Source: Bacteroidales bacterium (GTDB lineage: Bacteria > Bacteroidota > Bacteroidia > Bacteroidales > UBA3824). Taken from it: a stretch of DNA of 64,000 nt. The stretch lies in assembly GCA_017535325.1 (NCBI GenBank), contig JAFXUC010000139.1:3970-67969 (forward strand). The letters are read 5' to 3'. Positions 40,227 through 50,135 of the stretch are shown one piece after another (within the stretch, counting starts at the first letter, position 1; each line of letters starts with the position of its first letter). The notes below the pieces were generated by a model. That model was given only the letters and a program-made list of their open reading frames with translations, was not told the origin of the DNA and made no database searches. Made by a program: the position numbers and the translations under genes.

Positions 40227-41423
40227 TTATTCTACGTAAAGAACCAAGCCTTTAAGATATTCGCCCTCAGGGTGATACATCGAAACGGGGTGGTCGTCGG
40301 GTTGTGTAAGTTGGCGGAGAATTTTTACTTTGCGTTTGGCTTGCAACGAAGCCTCCATAACCGCCATTCTGAAAGTCTGCTTGTCGATAGCCTGCGAGCA
40401 GGAAAACGTAAACAGCAGAGACCCCGGCGCAATTTTTTCCATTGCGGCGCGGTTGATTCTCTGATAACCTTTTACCGCCTGATTGGTAACGTTTGCGTGC
40501 TTTGCAAAGGCGGGCGGGTCAAGGATTATCAAATCGTATTTGTCTTTTTCCATCTGGTCGAGAAAATCAAAACCGTCGGTGGCAACAGCCTCGTGGTTGT
40601 CTTTGAAACCGTTTAATTCTCCGTTTTTAACGGTAAGATTTATAGCTGTTTGAGAGGCGTCAACGGAAGTAACGCTTTTAGCACCGCCTTTCAACGCCGC
40701 AACCGAAAATCCGCCGGTATAGCAAAACATGTTCAGGACAGTTTTGCCTTTTGAATATTGGCGCAGGAGATTGCGGTTTTCCCTTTGGTCGATAAAGTAG
40801 CCGGTTTTTTGTCCTTCGATTACGTTGACAAGGAATTTCATGCCGTATTCGCTGACCGTTTTTTCGCTTTCGGAGCCGAAAAGAAAACGGTTTTCAGGTG
40901 TTACGCCGTCGCTTTTGGGCAGCGTTTTGTCGGACTTGTCGTAAATCGCGGAGATTTTTTGCGGAAAGTTTTCTAGGAAAATCTCTTTGAACATTTCCTC
41001 TAACTTCCACATTCCGAGGCTGTGAGCCTGAAAAACCAAAATGCCGTCGTAATAGTCGCAGATAAAGCCCGGAAAACCGTCGCCCTCGCCGTGAATTACT
41101 CTGAAAACGTTGGTTTCAGGGTTGTTGGTGTAGCCCAAAATGTCGCGCATTTTTACTGCGTTCATAATTTTTTTTGTCCAAAATTCTTTGTCGGGCGTTA
41201 CCTCGTCAAAGGTAAAAATTCTGACACTGATACTGCCGTTTTTTTGGTAATGTCCGAGTCCTAAGAATTTCTCGTTGTTGTCGTATACGGCGACATTTTC
41301 GCCGTCAAGGGCGTTGCCCACAGTTTTTTTTACCGCGCCAGAAAAAATCCACGGGTGAAGTCTCAAAGCCGACCTGTCTTTGCCGGATTTGAGTATTATT
41401 TTCGGAAAATTGTATTTATTCAT
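40227..41423 (-). CDS. rlmI: Class I SAM-dependent 23S rRNA methyltransferase (RlmI family)
   Basis: HPWIFSG, GEGDGFPG, GQKTGYFIDQRENR, FCYTGGF, ILDPPAF, FSCS, EGEYLKG. Confidence 0.9.
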   Translation of the reverse strand: MNKYNFPKIILKSGKDRSALRLHPWIFSGAVKKTVGNALDGENVAVYDNNEKFLGLGHYQKNGSISVRIFTFDEVTPDKEFWTKKIMNAVKMRDILGYTNNPETNVFRVIHGEGDGFPGFICDYYDGILVFQAHSLGMWKLEEMFKEIFLENFPQKISAIYDKSDKTLPKSDGVTPENRFLFGSESEKTVSEYGMKFLVNVIEGQKTGYFIDQRENRNLLRQYSKGKTVLNMFCYTGGFSVAALKGGAKSVTSVDASQTAINLTVKNGELNGFKDNHEAVATDGFDFLDQMEKDKYDLIILDPPAFAKHANVTNQAVKGYQRINRAAMEKIAPGSLLFTFSCSQAIDKQTFRMAVMEASLQAKRKVKILRQLTQPDDHPVSMYHPEGEYLKGLVLYVE

Positions 41424-41500
41424 CGTTTCATATTTTTTAACGCCCAAAATTACTGATTTTTTTTCATTTTTTTATACCTTTGCACCAAAAATTATTTAAA

Positions 41501-42397
41501 ATGGAAAAAGAAAATTCAAATTCACCGGTTAATAAATTATTGTTGGCATTGGTTCTTGTTTTGGCCGTTGCCGTTATTTGGCTGCTGATTGACCGCAGCG
41601 CACAAAAACAACAAGCGGACGATTTGATTGCAAAAATCGAAATCGGAAATCTTCAAAAAGATTCTCTTAACCGCGAAATGACCATGATTATGGACAGTTA
41701 CAACCAACTGCAAACCACCAACGACACCATCAACGCGCAGTTGGAAGAGCAGAAGGCAAAAGTCGCAGAACTTATGACGACATTGAAACGCACAAAAGCC
41801 TCCAATCTCGACTCGCTCAAAAAATACCGCGCCGAAGTGGAAACCCTCCGCTCAATAATGCGCAGTTTTGTGGTTCAAATCGACAGTCTTAACACCAAAA
41901 ATATAATGCTGACCGAAGAAAACAACCGTCTTACAGGTCAACTCTCTAACGCAAGACACGAAAACCGTCAACTCTCCAACGTAAAGGATTCTTTGCAGGG
42001 ACGTGTTAAAGAGGCCGAGGCTCTCAAAGCGCAAGGCATGAGACTCGTTGCCCTTAACGACCGCGACAACGAAACCACAAGAATTTTGAAAGCAAAAAAA
42101 TTCCGCGTTACCTTTACCCTTAACGAAAACGACATGACCAAAAAAGGTTCTAAGGATTTGCTCGTAAGGCTCGTAAAACCCGACGGAAGTATTTTGATGA
42201 ACGAAAGTTCGGGCTTTTTCAACTATCAGGGCAAAGAAATCGCGTATTCGTCAAAGAAAAACATCAACTACGACGGAAAGGCACAAAACGCTGTCGTTTA
42301 CATAATTTCGCGCGAAGTGCTTTCGGCGGGCAATTATCAGGCTGACGTTTTTTGCGAAGGAAGAAATATCGGCTCGGTAGAAATCAACGTTAACTAA
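41501..42397 (+). CDS. Bacteroidota membrane-anchored coiled-coil hypothetical protein
   Basis: N-terminal TM, long heptad region (...TLRSIMRSFVVQIDSLN...) and a C-terminal beta domain. Confidence 0.8.
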   Translation: MEKENSNSPVNKLLLALVLVLAVAVIWLLIDRSAQKQQADDLIAKIEIGNLQKDSLNREMTMIMDSYNQLQTTNDTINAQLEEQKAKVAELMTTLKRTKASNLDSLKKYRAEVETLRSIMRSFVVQIDSLNTKNIMLTEENNRLTGQLSNARHENRQLSNVKDSLQGRVKEAEALKAQGMRLVALNDRDNETTRILKAKKFRVTFTLNENDMTKKGSKDLLVRLVKPDGSILMNESSGFFNYQGKEIAYSSKKNINYDGKAQNAVVYIISREVLSAGNYQADVFCEGRNIGSVEINVN

Positions 42398-42411
42398 CAT
42401 TTTAAGAAAAT

Positions 42412-44745
42412 ATGTGGAACAAAATTGCAAACTTTATCCTTAACAACAAAAAAATCATACTTATTATAATAGGTGTGATTACCGTTTTTATGGGATACAA
42501 CATGAAGAATCTCCGTATGAAGTATGCAACCGCTCTTATGATGAACGAAAGCGATACGGCGTATCAGAGATTTTTGGATTTTAGAAAAACTTTCGGCGAA
42601 GACGCAAGCCTTATCGTCTGCGCTTTTGAAGACAAGGATTTTTTGACCATCGACAAGTATCAGAACTTGTTAAAACTTCAAGACAGCCTTAAAACCGTAA
42701 TCGGAGTAACAAACATTCTCTCATACACCAACGCTATTGACTTGGCTAAGGATACTACGGAGAAAAAGTTTAAGGCTAACAAAATCTTTGACCCGCAGCC
42801 AGTTACGCAAAGTCAGTTGGACTCGTGCTTTGAGTTGGTAAAGAAGTTCAAGTTTTATGACAAGATGCTTTATACCGACAATGACTGTTACGTTTTGGCG
42901 ATAACCTGCGACCCGGAAGTCATTTATTGCAAAAAGCGCGACGTTATGGTTGCTGATATTGAGAAGTTTGTCGAAAAATTTTCGGTAGAAAACAATTCGC
43001 CTTATCATATTTCGGGCTTGCCTTACACGCGCTCGCGCCTTATGATTATGGTAAGGGACGAGTTGGTGATTTTTGCGATTATCTCTTTGATAGTTGTTTC
43101 GCTGATTTTTATGATATTTTTTCGGAGCGTCAAGACCACGGCTCTTGCGGTTTTGATTGTCTTTACGGGCGTTATCTGGACAATGGCTCTGATGGCGATT
43201 TTCCAATACGAAATGACTATGATGAGCGGAATGTTGGCACCGCTGCTTATTGTTATCGGTATTCCGAACACAATTTATCTTCTTAACAAATACCATCACG
43301 TTTACAGAGAAATCCGTGATAGAGAAAAGGCTCTGTTTGAGACAATTACGCAGGTTGGTAAAGCAACGTTTTTAACTAACCTTACCACGGCGGCAGGTTT
43401 TGCAACGTTCCTTATTACGGGCAACGAAATGTTGATGGAGTTCGGTTTGATTGCAACGTTAGGCATTATAACGATGTTTTTCTTGTCGGTTTTGATGGTG
43501 CCCTCGCTTTTCAGCCTTGTTAACCCGCCGACGGATAAAGAGTTGAAACACCTTGATACGCAATTTGTTAACAAAATCGTAGAAAAATTTGTTTACTTGG
43601 TGGAAAACCACAGAAAAGCAATTTATGTCGGAACGGTTTGTTTGGTTGCGGTTTCGATTTTCGGCATGACGCTTTTGAGAAATGAGAGTTTTCAGGTGGA
43701 CGACCTGCCCGAACACAATCAGACTTATATCGACTTGAAATATTTTGAAAAAGAGATGAACGGTATTCTGCCGCTCGAAATCTCTATCGACACCAAGAAG
43801 AAAAAAGGACTTCTTAACATCAACACGATTAAAAAAATCGAGGCGATAGAGGACAGTTTGAAATATTTCAACTGCCTTTCAAACGGTACTTCGATTGCCG
43901 ACGGTCTGAAAATTATCCGCAGAGCATATTACAACGGCAATCCTGATTATTATTCGCTGCCGATGCAGACAGAGTTGCCTTTTATCATGCCTTATTTGAA
44001 AGGCAATCAGGAGGCGGCTCAAAACAATCAGATGGCTGGCAACTTGTTGAAATCGATGATTGATTCCACGTATTCGCGTGCAAGGATTCAAATGAGGGTT
44101 GCCGACATCGGAACAGTGAGAATGGTTGCCGTTACGGACAGCATTCAAAAGATTCTCGACCATTATTTCCCGCCGGAGAAAAACACCTGCGACATAACGG
44201 GTACGTCGGTGATTTTTGCTTTCGGTTCGTTGAAATTGATTGACAACTTGGTTCAATCGCTTGTTTTGGCGATAATTTTGATTTCGCTTTGTATGGTGGG
44301 ACTGTTTTCGTCATGGAGAATGGTGTTTATTTCGGTGATTCCTAACTTTATTCCGCTGATTGTAACGGCTGCGATAATGGGATTTTGCGGAATCAGGCTG
44401 AAATCTTCAACGATTCTGGTGTTCAACATCGCCTTCGGAATTTCGGTTGACAACGCTATCCACCTGTTTACCAAATTCAGGCACGAACTTGACGCTACGA
44501 ATTACGACACGCCGAAATCTGTTATCGGAGCGTTGAGGGAAACGGGCGTAAGTATCATTTACTCGGCGATAATTCTTTTGACGGGCTTTATGATATTCTG
44601 TTTCTCGCAGTTCGGCGGAACGATAGCCTTGGGACTTTTGATTGACATTACGCTGTTTGTGGCGATGTTCACAAATCTTCTGTTTTTGCCGTCAATGCTG
44701 ATGAGTTTCAATATCAACTTTAAGAAAAAGGCGAAAAAAGAATAA
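42412..44745 (+). CDS. MMPL/RND family transporter
   Basis: Duplicated 1+5 TM architecture; TNLTTAAGF, IAFGISVDNAIH, ETGVSIIYS. Confidence 0.9.
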   Translation: MWNKIANFILNNKKIILIIIGVITVFMGYNMKNLRMKYATALMMNESDTAYQRFLDFRKTFGEDASLIVCAFEDKDFLTIDKYQNLLKLQDSLKTVIGVTNILSYTNAIDLAKDTTEKKFKANKIFDPQPVTQSQLDSCFELVKKFKFYDKMLYTDNDCYVLAITCDPEVIYCKKRDVMVADIEKFVEKFSVENNSPYHISGLPYTRSRLMIMVRDELVIFAIISLIVVSLIFMIFFRSVKTTALAVLIVFTGVIWTMALMAIFQYEMTMMSGMLAPLLIVIGIPNTIYLLNKYHHVYREIRDREKALFETITQVGKATFLTNLTTAAGFATFLITGNEMLMEFGLIATLGIITMFFLSVLMVPSLFSLVNPPTDKELKHLDTQFVNKIVEKFVYLVENHRKAIYVGTVCLVAVSIFGMTLLRNESFQVDDLPEHNQTYIDLKYFEKEMNGILPLEISIDTKKKKGLLNINTIKKIEAIEDSLKYFNCLSNGTSIADGLKIIRRAYYNGNPDYYSLPMQTELPFIMPYLKGNQEAAQNNQMAGNLLKSMIDSTYSRARIQMRVADIGTVRMVAVTDSIQKILDHYFPPEKNTCDITGTSVIFAFGSLKLIDNLVQSLVLAIILISLCMVGLFSSWRMVFISVIPNFIPLIVTAAIMGFCGIRLKSSTILVFNIAFGISVDNAIHLFTKFRHELDATNYDTPKSVIGALRETGVSIIYSAIILLTGFMIFCFSQFGGTIALGLLIDITLFVAMFTNLLFLPSMLMSFNINFKKKAKKE

Positions 44746-44751
44746 AAAAAT

Positions 44752-44791
44752 AAAAAACGGTTGCAATTTTTTTGCAGCCGTTTTTTTTTTT
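44752..44791 (+). terminator. Rho-independent terminator after the MMPL gene
   Basis: AAAAAACGGTTGCAA...TTGCAGCCGTTTTTT. Confidence 0.75.
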
Positions 44792-44898
44792 GCATTTTTC
44801 TTTCTACTTTTGTACTGAAAAGTTTAAGGGGTGTTTTATAAACTTGTTTTTACCCTTAGACGCCTAAGTTTTAATTCTCAAATTCATGAACTAAAAAA

Positions 44899-46158
44899 AT
44901 GAGTAAAGTATTAGTTATCGGTTGCGGAGGCGTGGCAAGCGTGGCAATCGCAAAAATCTGTCAAAACGACAAAGTCTTTTCTGAAATGTGCATCGCAAGC
45001 CGCACAGTGTCAAAATGCGAGGCTATGAAAGAAAAATGGCAGCCAACAACTTCAACAAAAATTTCAACGGTGCAAATCGACGCAAACTCAAAAGAGCAAA
45101 TCGTCGCTCTGATAAAGAGTTTTAAGCCGGACGTTTTGTTGCACGTGGGAATGCCGTATCACAACATCGTTTTAATGCAGGCGTGTGCTGAAAACAAAGT
45201 ACATTACATCGACACCGCAGCCTACGAACCCGAAGACACTAACGAACCCGTTTGGAGAGAGGGTTATGAAAAACGCTGCAAGGAAAAAGGTTTCGTGGCG
45301 TATTTCGACTATGCCGAACAGTGGTCATACAACCAAAAATTCAAGGACGCAGGCGTTACGGCTCTGCTCGGAGGCGGTTTCGACCCCGGAGTAACCAACG
45401 TTTTTGTCGCATACGCAAAAAAACATTTCTTCGATACGATAGAATATGTTGACATTCTCGACTGCAACGGCGGCGACCACGGCTATCCGTTTGCGACTAA
45501 CTTTAACACGGAAATCAACCTGAGGGAGGTTTCTTCGCCTGCCGATTATTACGAAAACGGCAAATGGGTCGGCGTACCCGCAATGTCGATAAAGCGCGAA
45601 TACGATTTTCCGGAAGTCGGCAAAAAAGACATGTATCTTCTTCACCACGAGGAAATTGAATCGCTGACAAAGAATTTTCCCGAAATCAAGAGAATGCGTT
45701 TTTACATGACTTTCGGCAAAAGTTACTTAACCCACATGAAATGTCTTGAAAACGTCGGACTCTTGAACTCGACACCCGTAAAATTCGGCGAACATAAAAT
45801 AATTCCGATTCAGTTTTTGAAATCCCTTATGCCCGATCCTTCGACTTTGGGCGCAAGAACTGTCGGAAAAACCAACATCGGATGTATTTTTACAGGTTAT
45901 AAAGACGGCAAAAAACGCAATATTTATATTTATAACGTTTGCGATCATCAGAAATCGTTCAAGGAAGTCGGCTCTCAGGCTATAAGTTATACGACCGGCG
46001 TTCCGGCAATGATTTCGGCGGCTCTTTTGGCAACCGGACAGTGGAAAAAAGCGGGCGTTTTCAACCTCGAAGAGTTTGACCCCGATCCGTTCATGGAAAT
46101 GCTGAACGTTTACGGCCTGCCGTGGAAAGTTGACGAAAACCCCGTTTTAGTGAATTAA
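44899..46158 (+). CDS. Carboxy(nor)spermidine dehydrogenase (saccharopine dehydrogenase family)
   Basis: IGCGGVA Rossmann motif, GFDPG, DCNGGDHGYPFATNFN, HEEIESL, QAISYTTGVPA; lies directly upstream of nspC. Confidence 0.93.
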   Translation: MSKVLVIGCGGVASVAIAKICQNDKVFSEMCIASRTVSKCEAMKEKWQPTTSTKISTVQIDANSKEQIVALIKSFKPDVLLHVGMPYHNIVLMQACAENKVHYIDTAAYEPEDTNEPVWREGYEKRCKEKGFVAYFDYAEQWSYNQKFKDAGVTALLGGGFDPGVTNVFVAYAKKHFFDTIEYVDILDCNGGDHGYPFATNFNTEINLREVSSPADYYENGKWVGVPAMSIKREYDFPEVGKKDMYLLHHEEIESLTKNFPEIKRMRFYMTFGKSYLTHMKCLENVGLLNSTPVKFGEHKIIPIQFLKSLMPDPSTLGARTVGKTNIGCIFTGYKDGKKRNIYIYNVCDHQKSFKEVGSQAISYTTGVPAMISAALLATGQWKKAGVFNLEEFDPDPFMEMLNVYGLPWKVDENPVLVN

Positions 46159-46161
46159 AAT

Positions 46162-47310
46162 ATGAAACCTCATTTCATATCAAACGAAACTTTAAACGTA
46201 TTGAAAGGTCTGCCGACGCCGTCGTTTGTGATTGACGAAGGCAGACTTTTGTCTAATCTTAAAGTTTTAAACAACATAGAGAAACTCTCTGGTTGTAAGA
46301 TACTTCTTGCTCAGAAATGTTTTTCGACTTACCGTCTTTATCCGTTAATCGGACAGTATCTTTCTGGCACGGTGGCGAGCGGACTTTTTGAGGCGCGTTT
46401 GGCGGCGGAAGAAATGCCCGGAAAAGAAAACCATGTTTTTGCGCCGGCTTTCAAGGCGGAAGATATTGAAGAACTTGACTCGATGTGCGGTCATATAGTT
46501 TTCAACTCTTGGAACCAGTTTTTTCTTCATTCGTCAAAATGCAAAAACGCCAGTCTCGGCATTAGAATCAATCCTGAGTTCAGTACGCAGAATCATGCGA
46601 TTTACGACCCGTGTTCTTACGGTTCGAGGCTCGGAATACGGCTTTGTGATATGCCTAAGGAGTTGCCGGAAAGGGTAGAGGGCTTTCATTTTCATACGCT
46701 TTGCGAGCAGGGTTTTGAAGATTTGGAGAGGACTTTCAAAGAAGTGGAAAAAAAGTTTTCCAAGTATTTCCCGAAATTAAAGTGGCTCAATCTTGGCGGC
46801 GGACATTACATCACGCACGAGGATTACAACGTAGAAGGTCTTATAAACCTTTTGAAATATATCCGCGAAAAATACGGTTTGCAGACTTATCTCGAACCCG
46901 GCGAAGGCGTGGTCTTGAACAGCGGATATTTGGTTTCAACCGTTATGGACAAGGTAAAAAACGGCTTGGAGATTCTTATTCTTGACGCAAGTGCGGCGTG
47001 TCATTGTCCTGATGTGATAGAAATGCCGTTTTTGCCGCCGGTTTTTGAGACGGCGGAAAACGGACAGTTTCTTTACAGGCTTTCGTCGATGACGTGTCTT
47101 GCGGGCGATGTTTTCGGCGATTATAACTTTTTGAGAGAAAAATCTGTCGGCGACAAAGTCATTTTTGAGGACATGGCATTGTACACGATGGTCAAGACAA
47201 ATACTTTCAACGGTATGCCGCTGCCTGAGATTTTTTTACTCACGTCAGACAATCAGATAAAAAGTATAAAAAAGTTCGGGTACGAAGATTTTAAGATGAG
47301 GTTAGGGTAG
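46162..47310 (+). CDS. nspC: Carboxynorspermidine decarboxylase
   Basis: PTPSFVID, LLAQK, YDPC..GSRLG, HFHTLCE, NLGGGH, LEPGE, CLAGD, YTMVKTNTFNG. Confidence 0.95.
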   Translation: MKPHFISNETLNVLKGLPTPSFVIDEGRLLSNLKVLNNIEKLSGCKILLAQKCFSTYRLYPLIGQYLSGTVASGLFEARLAAEEMPGKENHVFAPAFKAEDIEELDSMCGHIVFNSWNQFFLHSSKCKNASLGIRINPEFSTQNHAIYDPCSYGSRLGIRLCDMPKELPERVEGFHFHTLCEQGFEDLERTFKEVEKKFSKYFPKLKWLNLGGGHYITHEDYNVEGLINLLKYIREKYGLQTYLEPGEGVVLNSGYLVSTVMDKVKNGLEILILDASAACHCPDVIEMPFLPPVFETAENGQFLYRLSSMTCLAGDVFGDYNFLREKSVGDKVIFEDMALYTMVKTNTFNGMPLPEIFLLTSDNQIKSIKKFGYEDFKMRLG

Positions 47311-47364
47311 GAGAGAAGGTAATTAAAGATTTTGATGACCATGAATAAAGCATACTTTACGGGA

Positions 47365-48489
47365 ATGAAACTTGTTTTTTTGTTTCTGCTGTTTTTTGCT
47401 GTGTTGAGAGTTTCGGCGCAGGACAATATTACTTTGCCGTCTTCTGACTGGGAAAAAGTTGATAACGGCGACGGAACTTTTACCGTTAAATACAAAGGCA
47501 ACAAGTACGTCAGAAATGTAAGAGTAGTTGTCCTTCCTCAGACTGTTACGTTAAGTCCCGAAACATTGACTTTGGAAGTTGGTGAAACCGAGGAGTTGAC
47601 TCCCGAATTTTATCCTGATTTTGAAAATGTTGACAAACGTGTAACATGGGAATCAAACAAAACTTCTGTCGCAACAGTTGATGAAAGCGGCATAGTAACG
47701 GCAGTTTCACCCGGAACAGCAACGATTACTGTCAAGACCGTGGTAAATGAAAAAACGGCGGAAATAACGGTAACAGTTCCAGTTCCGTCTTTTTCTGTTT
47801 CTGCAACGAAAAAAGTTGTGTTCAGTAAAGGAAACCTCCAATATCATTGTAAAAATCGGACATGGCGTTTTGCCGAGCATCAATCCGACATTATTAGTGA
47901 AGGTAATAGTGATATATCGGAAACTTATGACGGATGGATTGATCTTTTCGGTTGGGGTTCTGGTAATAATCCTATTAATGTGAGTATGGATGATACCGAT
48001 TATCCAAGTTTTATTGATTGGAATCCAAATATTGGCGACGGTTTTACATGGCAGACATTGAGCAGTAGTGAATGGAATTATTTACTTAACACGCGTACAA
48101 CTGCAAGCGGCATACGATATGCCAAAGTACAACAAGGTCAGAATGGATTGTTGATTTTACCGGATTCATGGAATTCGTCTGTGTATAGTTTTCAAAAAAC
48201 TAATACTGAAGATGCTTCTTATGAATGGATAAATGCTACAGATTGGGAGAAGTTGGAGTCTTCGGGTGCGATATTTTTGCCTGTGGGTATGAATCGCGAC
48301 GGAACAAGTACGGCTGTTGTCGGTATTTTTACCGGTCAGTATTGGACATCAACACCTAACGGTTCTTCTGAAGCGTATTATTTATTTTTTTATTATGATA
48401 ATTGGATGGGAGAAAGAGGTAGTCTTGATTTATCAACAGATAATCGTCATTATGGAAAATATGTCCGTCTTGTACGCGAGGCGGAATAG
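47365..48489 (+). CDS. Exported Big_2 (Ig-like) protein with a C-terminal CLec-like domain
   Basis: Signal peptide; Big_2 VTWESNKTSVATVDESGIVTAVSPGTATITV; then FSVSATKKVVFSKGNLQY...DLFGWG...EWNYL...FLP..G.R...YWTST...R.YG..VRLVR. Alternative start at 47341. Confidence 0.75.
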   Translation: MKLVFLFLLFFAVLRVSAQDNITLPSSDWEKVDNGDGTFTVKYKGNKYVRNVRVVVLPQTVTLSPETLTLEVGETEELTPEFYPDFENVDKRVTWESNKTSVATVDESGIVTAVSPGTATITVKTVVNEKTAEITVTVPVPSFSVSATKKVVFSKGNLQYHCKNRTWRFAEHQSDIISEGNSDISETYDGWIDLFGWGSGNNPINVSMDDTDYPSFIDWNPNIGDGFTWQTLSSSEWNYLLNTRTTASGIRYAKVQQGQNGLLILPDSWNSSVYSFQKTNTEDASYEWINATDWEKLESSGAIFLPVGMNRDGTSTAVVGIFTGQYWTSTPNGSSEAYYLFFYYDNWMGERGSLDLSTDNRHYGKYVRLVREAE

Positions 48490-48553
48490 CCGCAAAATTT
48501 TTGTTTGTTTTTTTTAGAAAATTGTTTTAATTTTGCGGCATAACATTATTAAT

Positions 48554-49609
48554 ATGAATTTACCTGAAAACGTAGTCTGCACTTTGAACGCTGACGGAGA
48601 ATTAAGAAAAATTACGGAAAATTTTGCCGGAAAGGTTTTTGTCTTAACCGACGAAAACACCGTAAAATATTGTTTAGACAAACTGCCCGTACTAAAAGAA
48701 ATTCAAGCAGTTGTAATAACAATAAAAAGCGGCGAACAATATAAAAACATTTCAACGCTTCAAGAAATCTGGACTCAGATGGGCGAAAACCACGGCGACA
48801 GAAAAAGTCTTTTCGTAAATCTCGGCGGCGGCGTTATAGGCGACATGGGCGGACTTGCGGCATCGCTTTTTAAACGCGGAATCAAATTCGTTAACATTCC
48901 GACAACGCTTTTGTCGCAGGTGGACGCTTCGTGCGGCGGCAAACTCGCAGTAGATTTCAACAACCTTAAAAACGAAATCGGACTTTTCAGAAACCCCGAC
49001 AAGGTAATCATCAGCACAGAATTTCTTAAAACCCTCGATGCCAATCAGTTGAAATCGGGAATGGCGGAAATGATAAAACACGCGCTTCTCTACAACGAGG
49101 ATTATTTCGACAGACTTTGCGAATTTGACCCGCAAAAACCTGATTATGAACTTCTCAGCCGTCTTATTGAAACTTCGGTTATGATAAAAAACGAATTTGT
49201 TTCAAAAGACCCGACAGAAAAGGGAATCAGAAAAATGCTGAACCTCGGACACACAATCGGTCATGCGATAGAAAGTTATTCTTTTGAAACCGAAAAGCCG
49301 CTTCTTCACGGCGAGGCTGTTGCTGCGGGACTTGTCTGCGAACTCTACCTCAGCAACAATTATTTGGACTTTTCGCACAAAAAACTTATGAAAGTAACGC
49401 GGCTGATCAACGATTTGTTTCCGCCGTTTCTTTTTAAGTTCGACAAATACGAGCATCTTTATTCTCTGATGACTTTTGACAAGAAAAATTCGGGCGGAAA
49501 CATCAATTTTTCGCTCGTCAAGAATTTCGGCGTTTACGAAATTGACTGTCATTGCAAAAAAGAGGACGTTTTTCAGGCTTTATCGTTTTACAACCAAATT
49601 AATATTTAA
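48554..49609 (+). CDS. aroB: 3-dehydroquinate synthase
   Basis: GEQYK, GGGVIGDMGG, PTTLLSQVDASCGGK, KNEIG, LNLGHTIGHAIE, HGEAVAAG, DKKN. Confidence 0.96.
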   Translation: MNLPENVVCTLNADGELRKITENFAGKVFVLTDENTVKYCLDKLPVLKEIQAVVITIKSGEQYKNISTLQEIWTQMGENHGDRKSLFVNLGGGVIGDMGGLAASLFKRGIKFVNIPTTLLSQVDASCGGKLAVDFNNLKNEIGLFRNPDKVIISTEFLKTLDANQLKSGMAEMIKHALLYNEDYFDRLCEFDPQKPDYELLSRLIETSVMIKNEFVSKDPTEKGIRKMLNLGHTIGHAIESYSFETEKPLLHGEAVAAGLVCELYLSNNYLDFSHKKLMKVTRLINDLFPPFLFKFDKYEHLYSLMTFDKKNSGGNINFSLVKNFGVYEIDCHCKKEDVFQALSFYNQINI

Positions 49610-49617
49610 TAAAGAGA

Positions 49618-50091
49618 ATGTTTATAGACAACACGGTAAGTATGTCAAAATGGATGTTTGCTGAAATTTTGGCTTTTGTTTTAGGAATAGCGTTTGTAGT
49701 TTATTCAAATTTTAATCCGGGACTGTTTGCGCTGATTGCCGGTGCGGTGTGTTTTGCGGTGTTTGTTTTGCTGCTTTATATTTGTCCGTCGTACTTTTAT
49801 TTCAACGACGAAATCTCTGGCAAAGACATGATTGAAATCCGCAGCACTCAGGCGTTTCCTTTTTTCAGGAAGTACCGTCAGCACGGAATCTTGAAAAAGA
49901 CAATTCAAAGTTATAAGATAACCGAAAGTTTTTTCGGCTTGCAGAAAATGTTGTCGATAACAATAAAGGGCGTTGACCCGCAGACTAAAAAGTCAGTTGA
50001 GAAAACGATTGACTCACTTAATATTTCGATTCTTAAAAAGCAGAAAATCGAGGAGTTGGAGAAGACTTTGCAAAAATATGTTCGGCATTAA
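49618..50091 (+). CDS. Hypothetical membrane protein (2 TM)
   Basis: 157-aa ORF with two N-terminal hydrophobic helices, apparently co-transcribed with aroB. Confidence 0.7.
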   Translation: MFIDNTVSMSKWMFAEILAFVLGIAFVVYSNFNPGLFALIAGAVCFAVFVLLLYICPSYFYFNDEISGKDMIEIRSTQAFPFFRKYRQHGILKKTIQSYKITESFFGLQKMLSITIKGVDPQTKKSVEKTIDSLNISILKKQKIEELEKTLQKYVRH

Positions 50092-50135
50092 TTTTGTATT
50101 TTCCGCTTTTGAAACTATTTAATACTTGAAACAAC

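Noticed and set aside
47365-48489. A complete diversity-generating retroelement
   Set aside because: No reverse transcriptase, accessory gene or template repeat was seen in the window; kept only as a candidate target.
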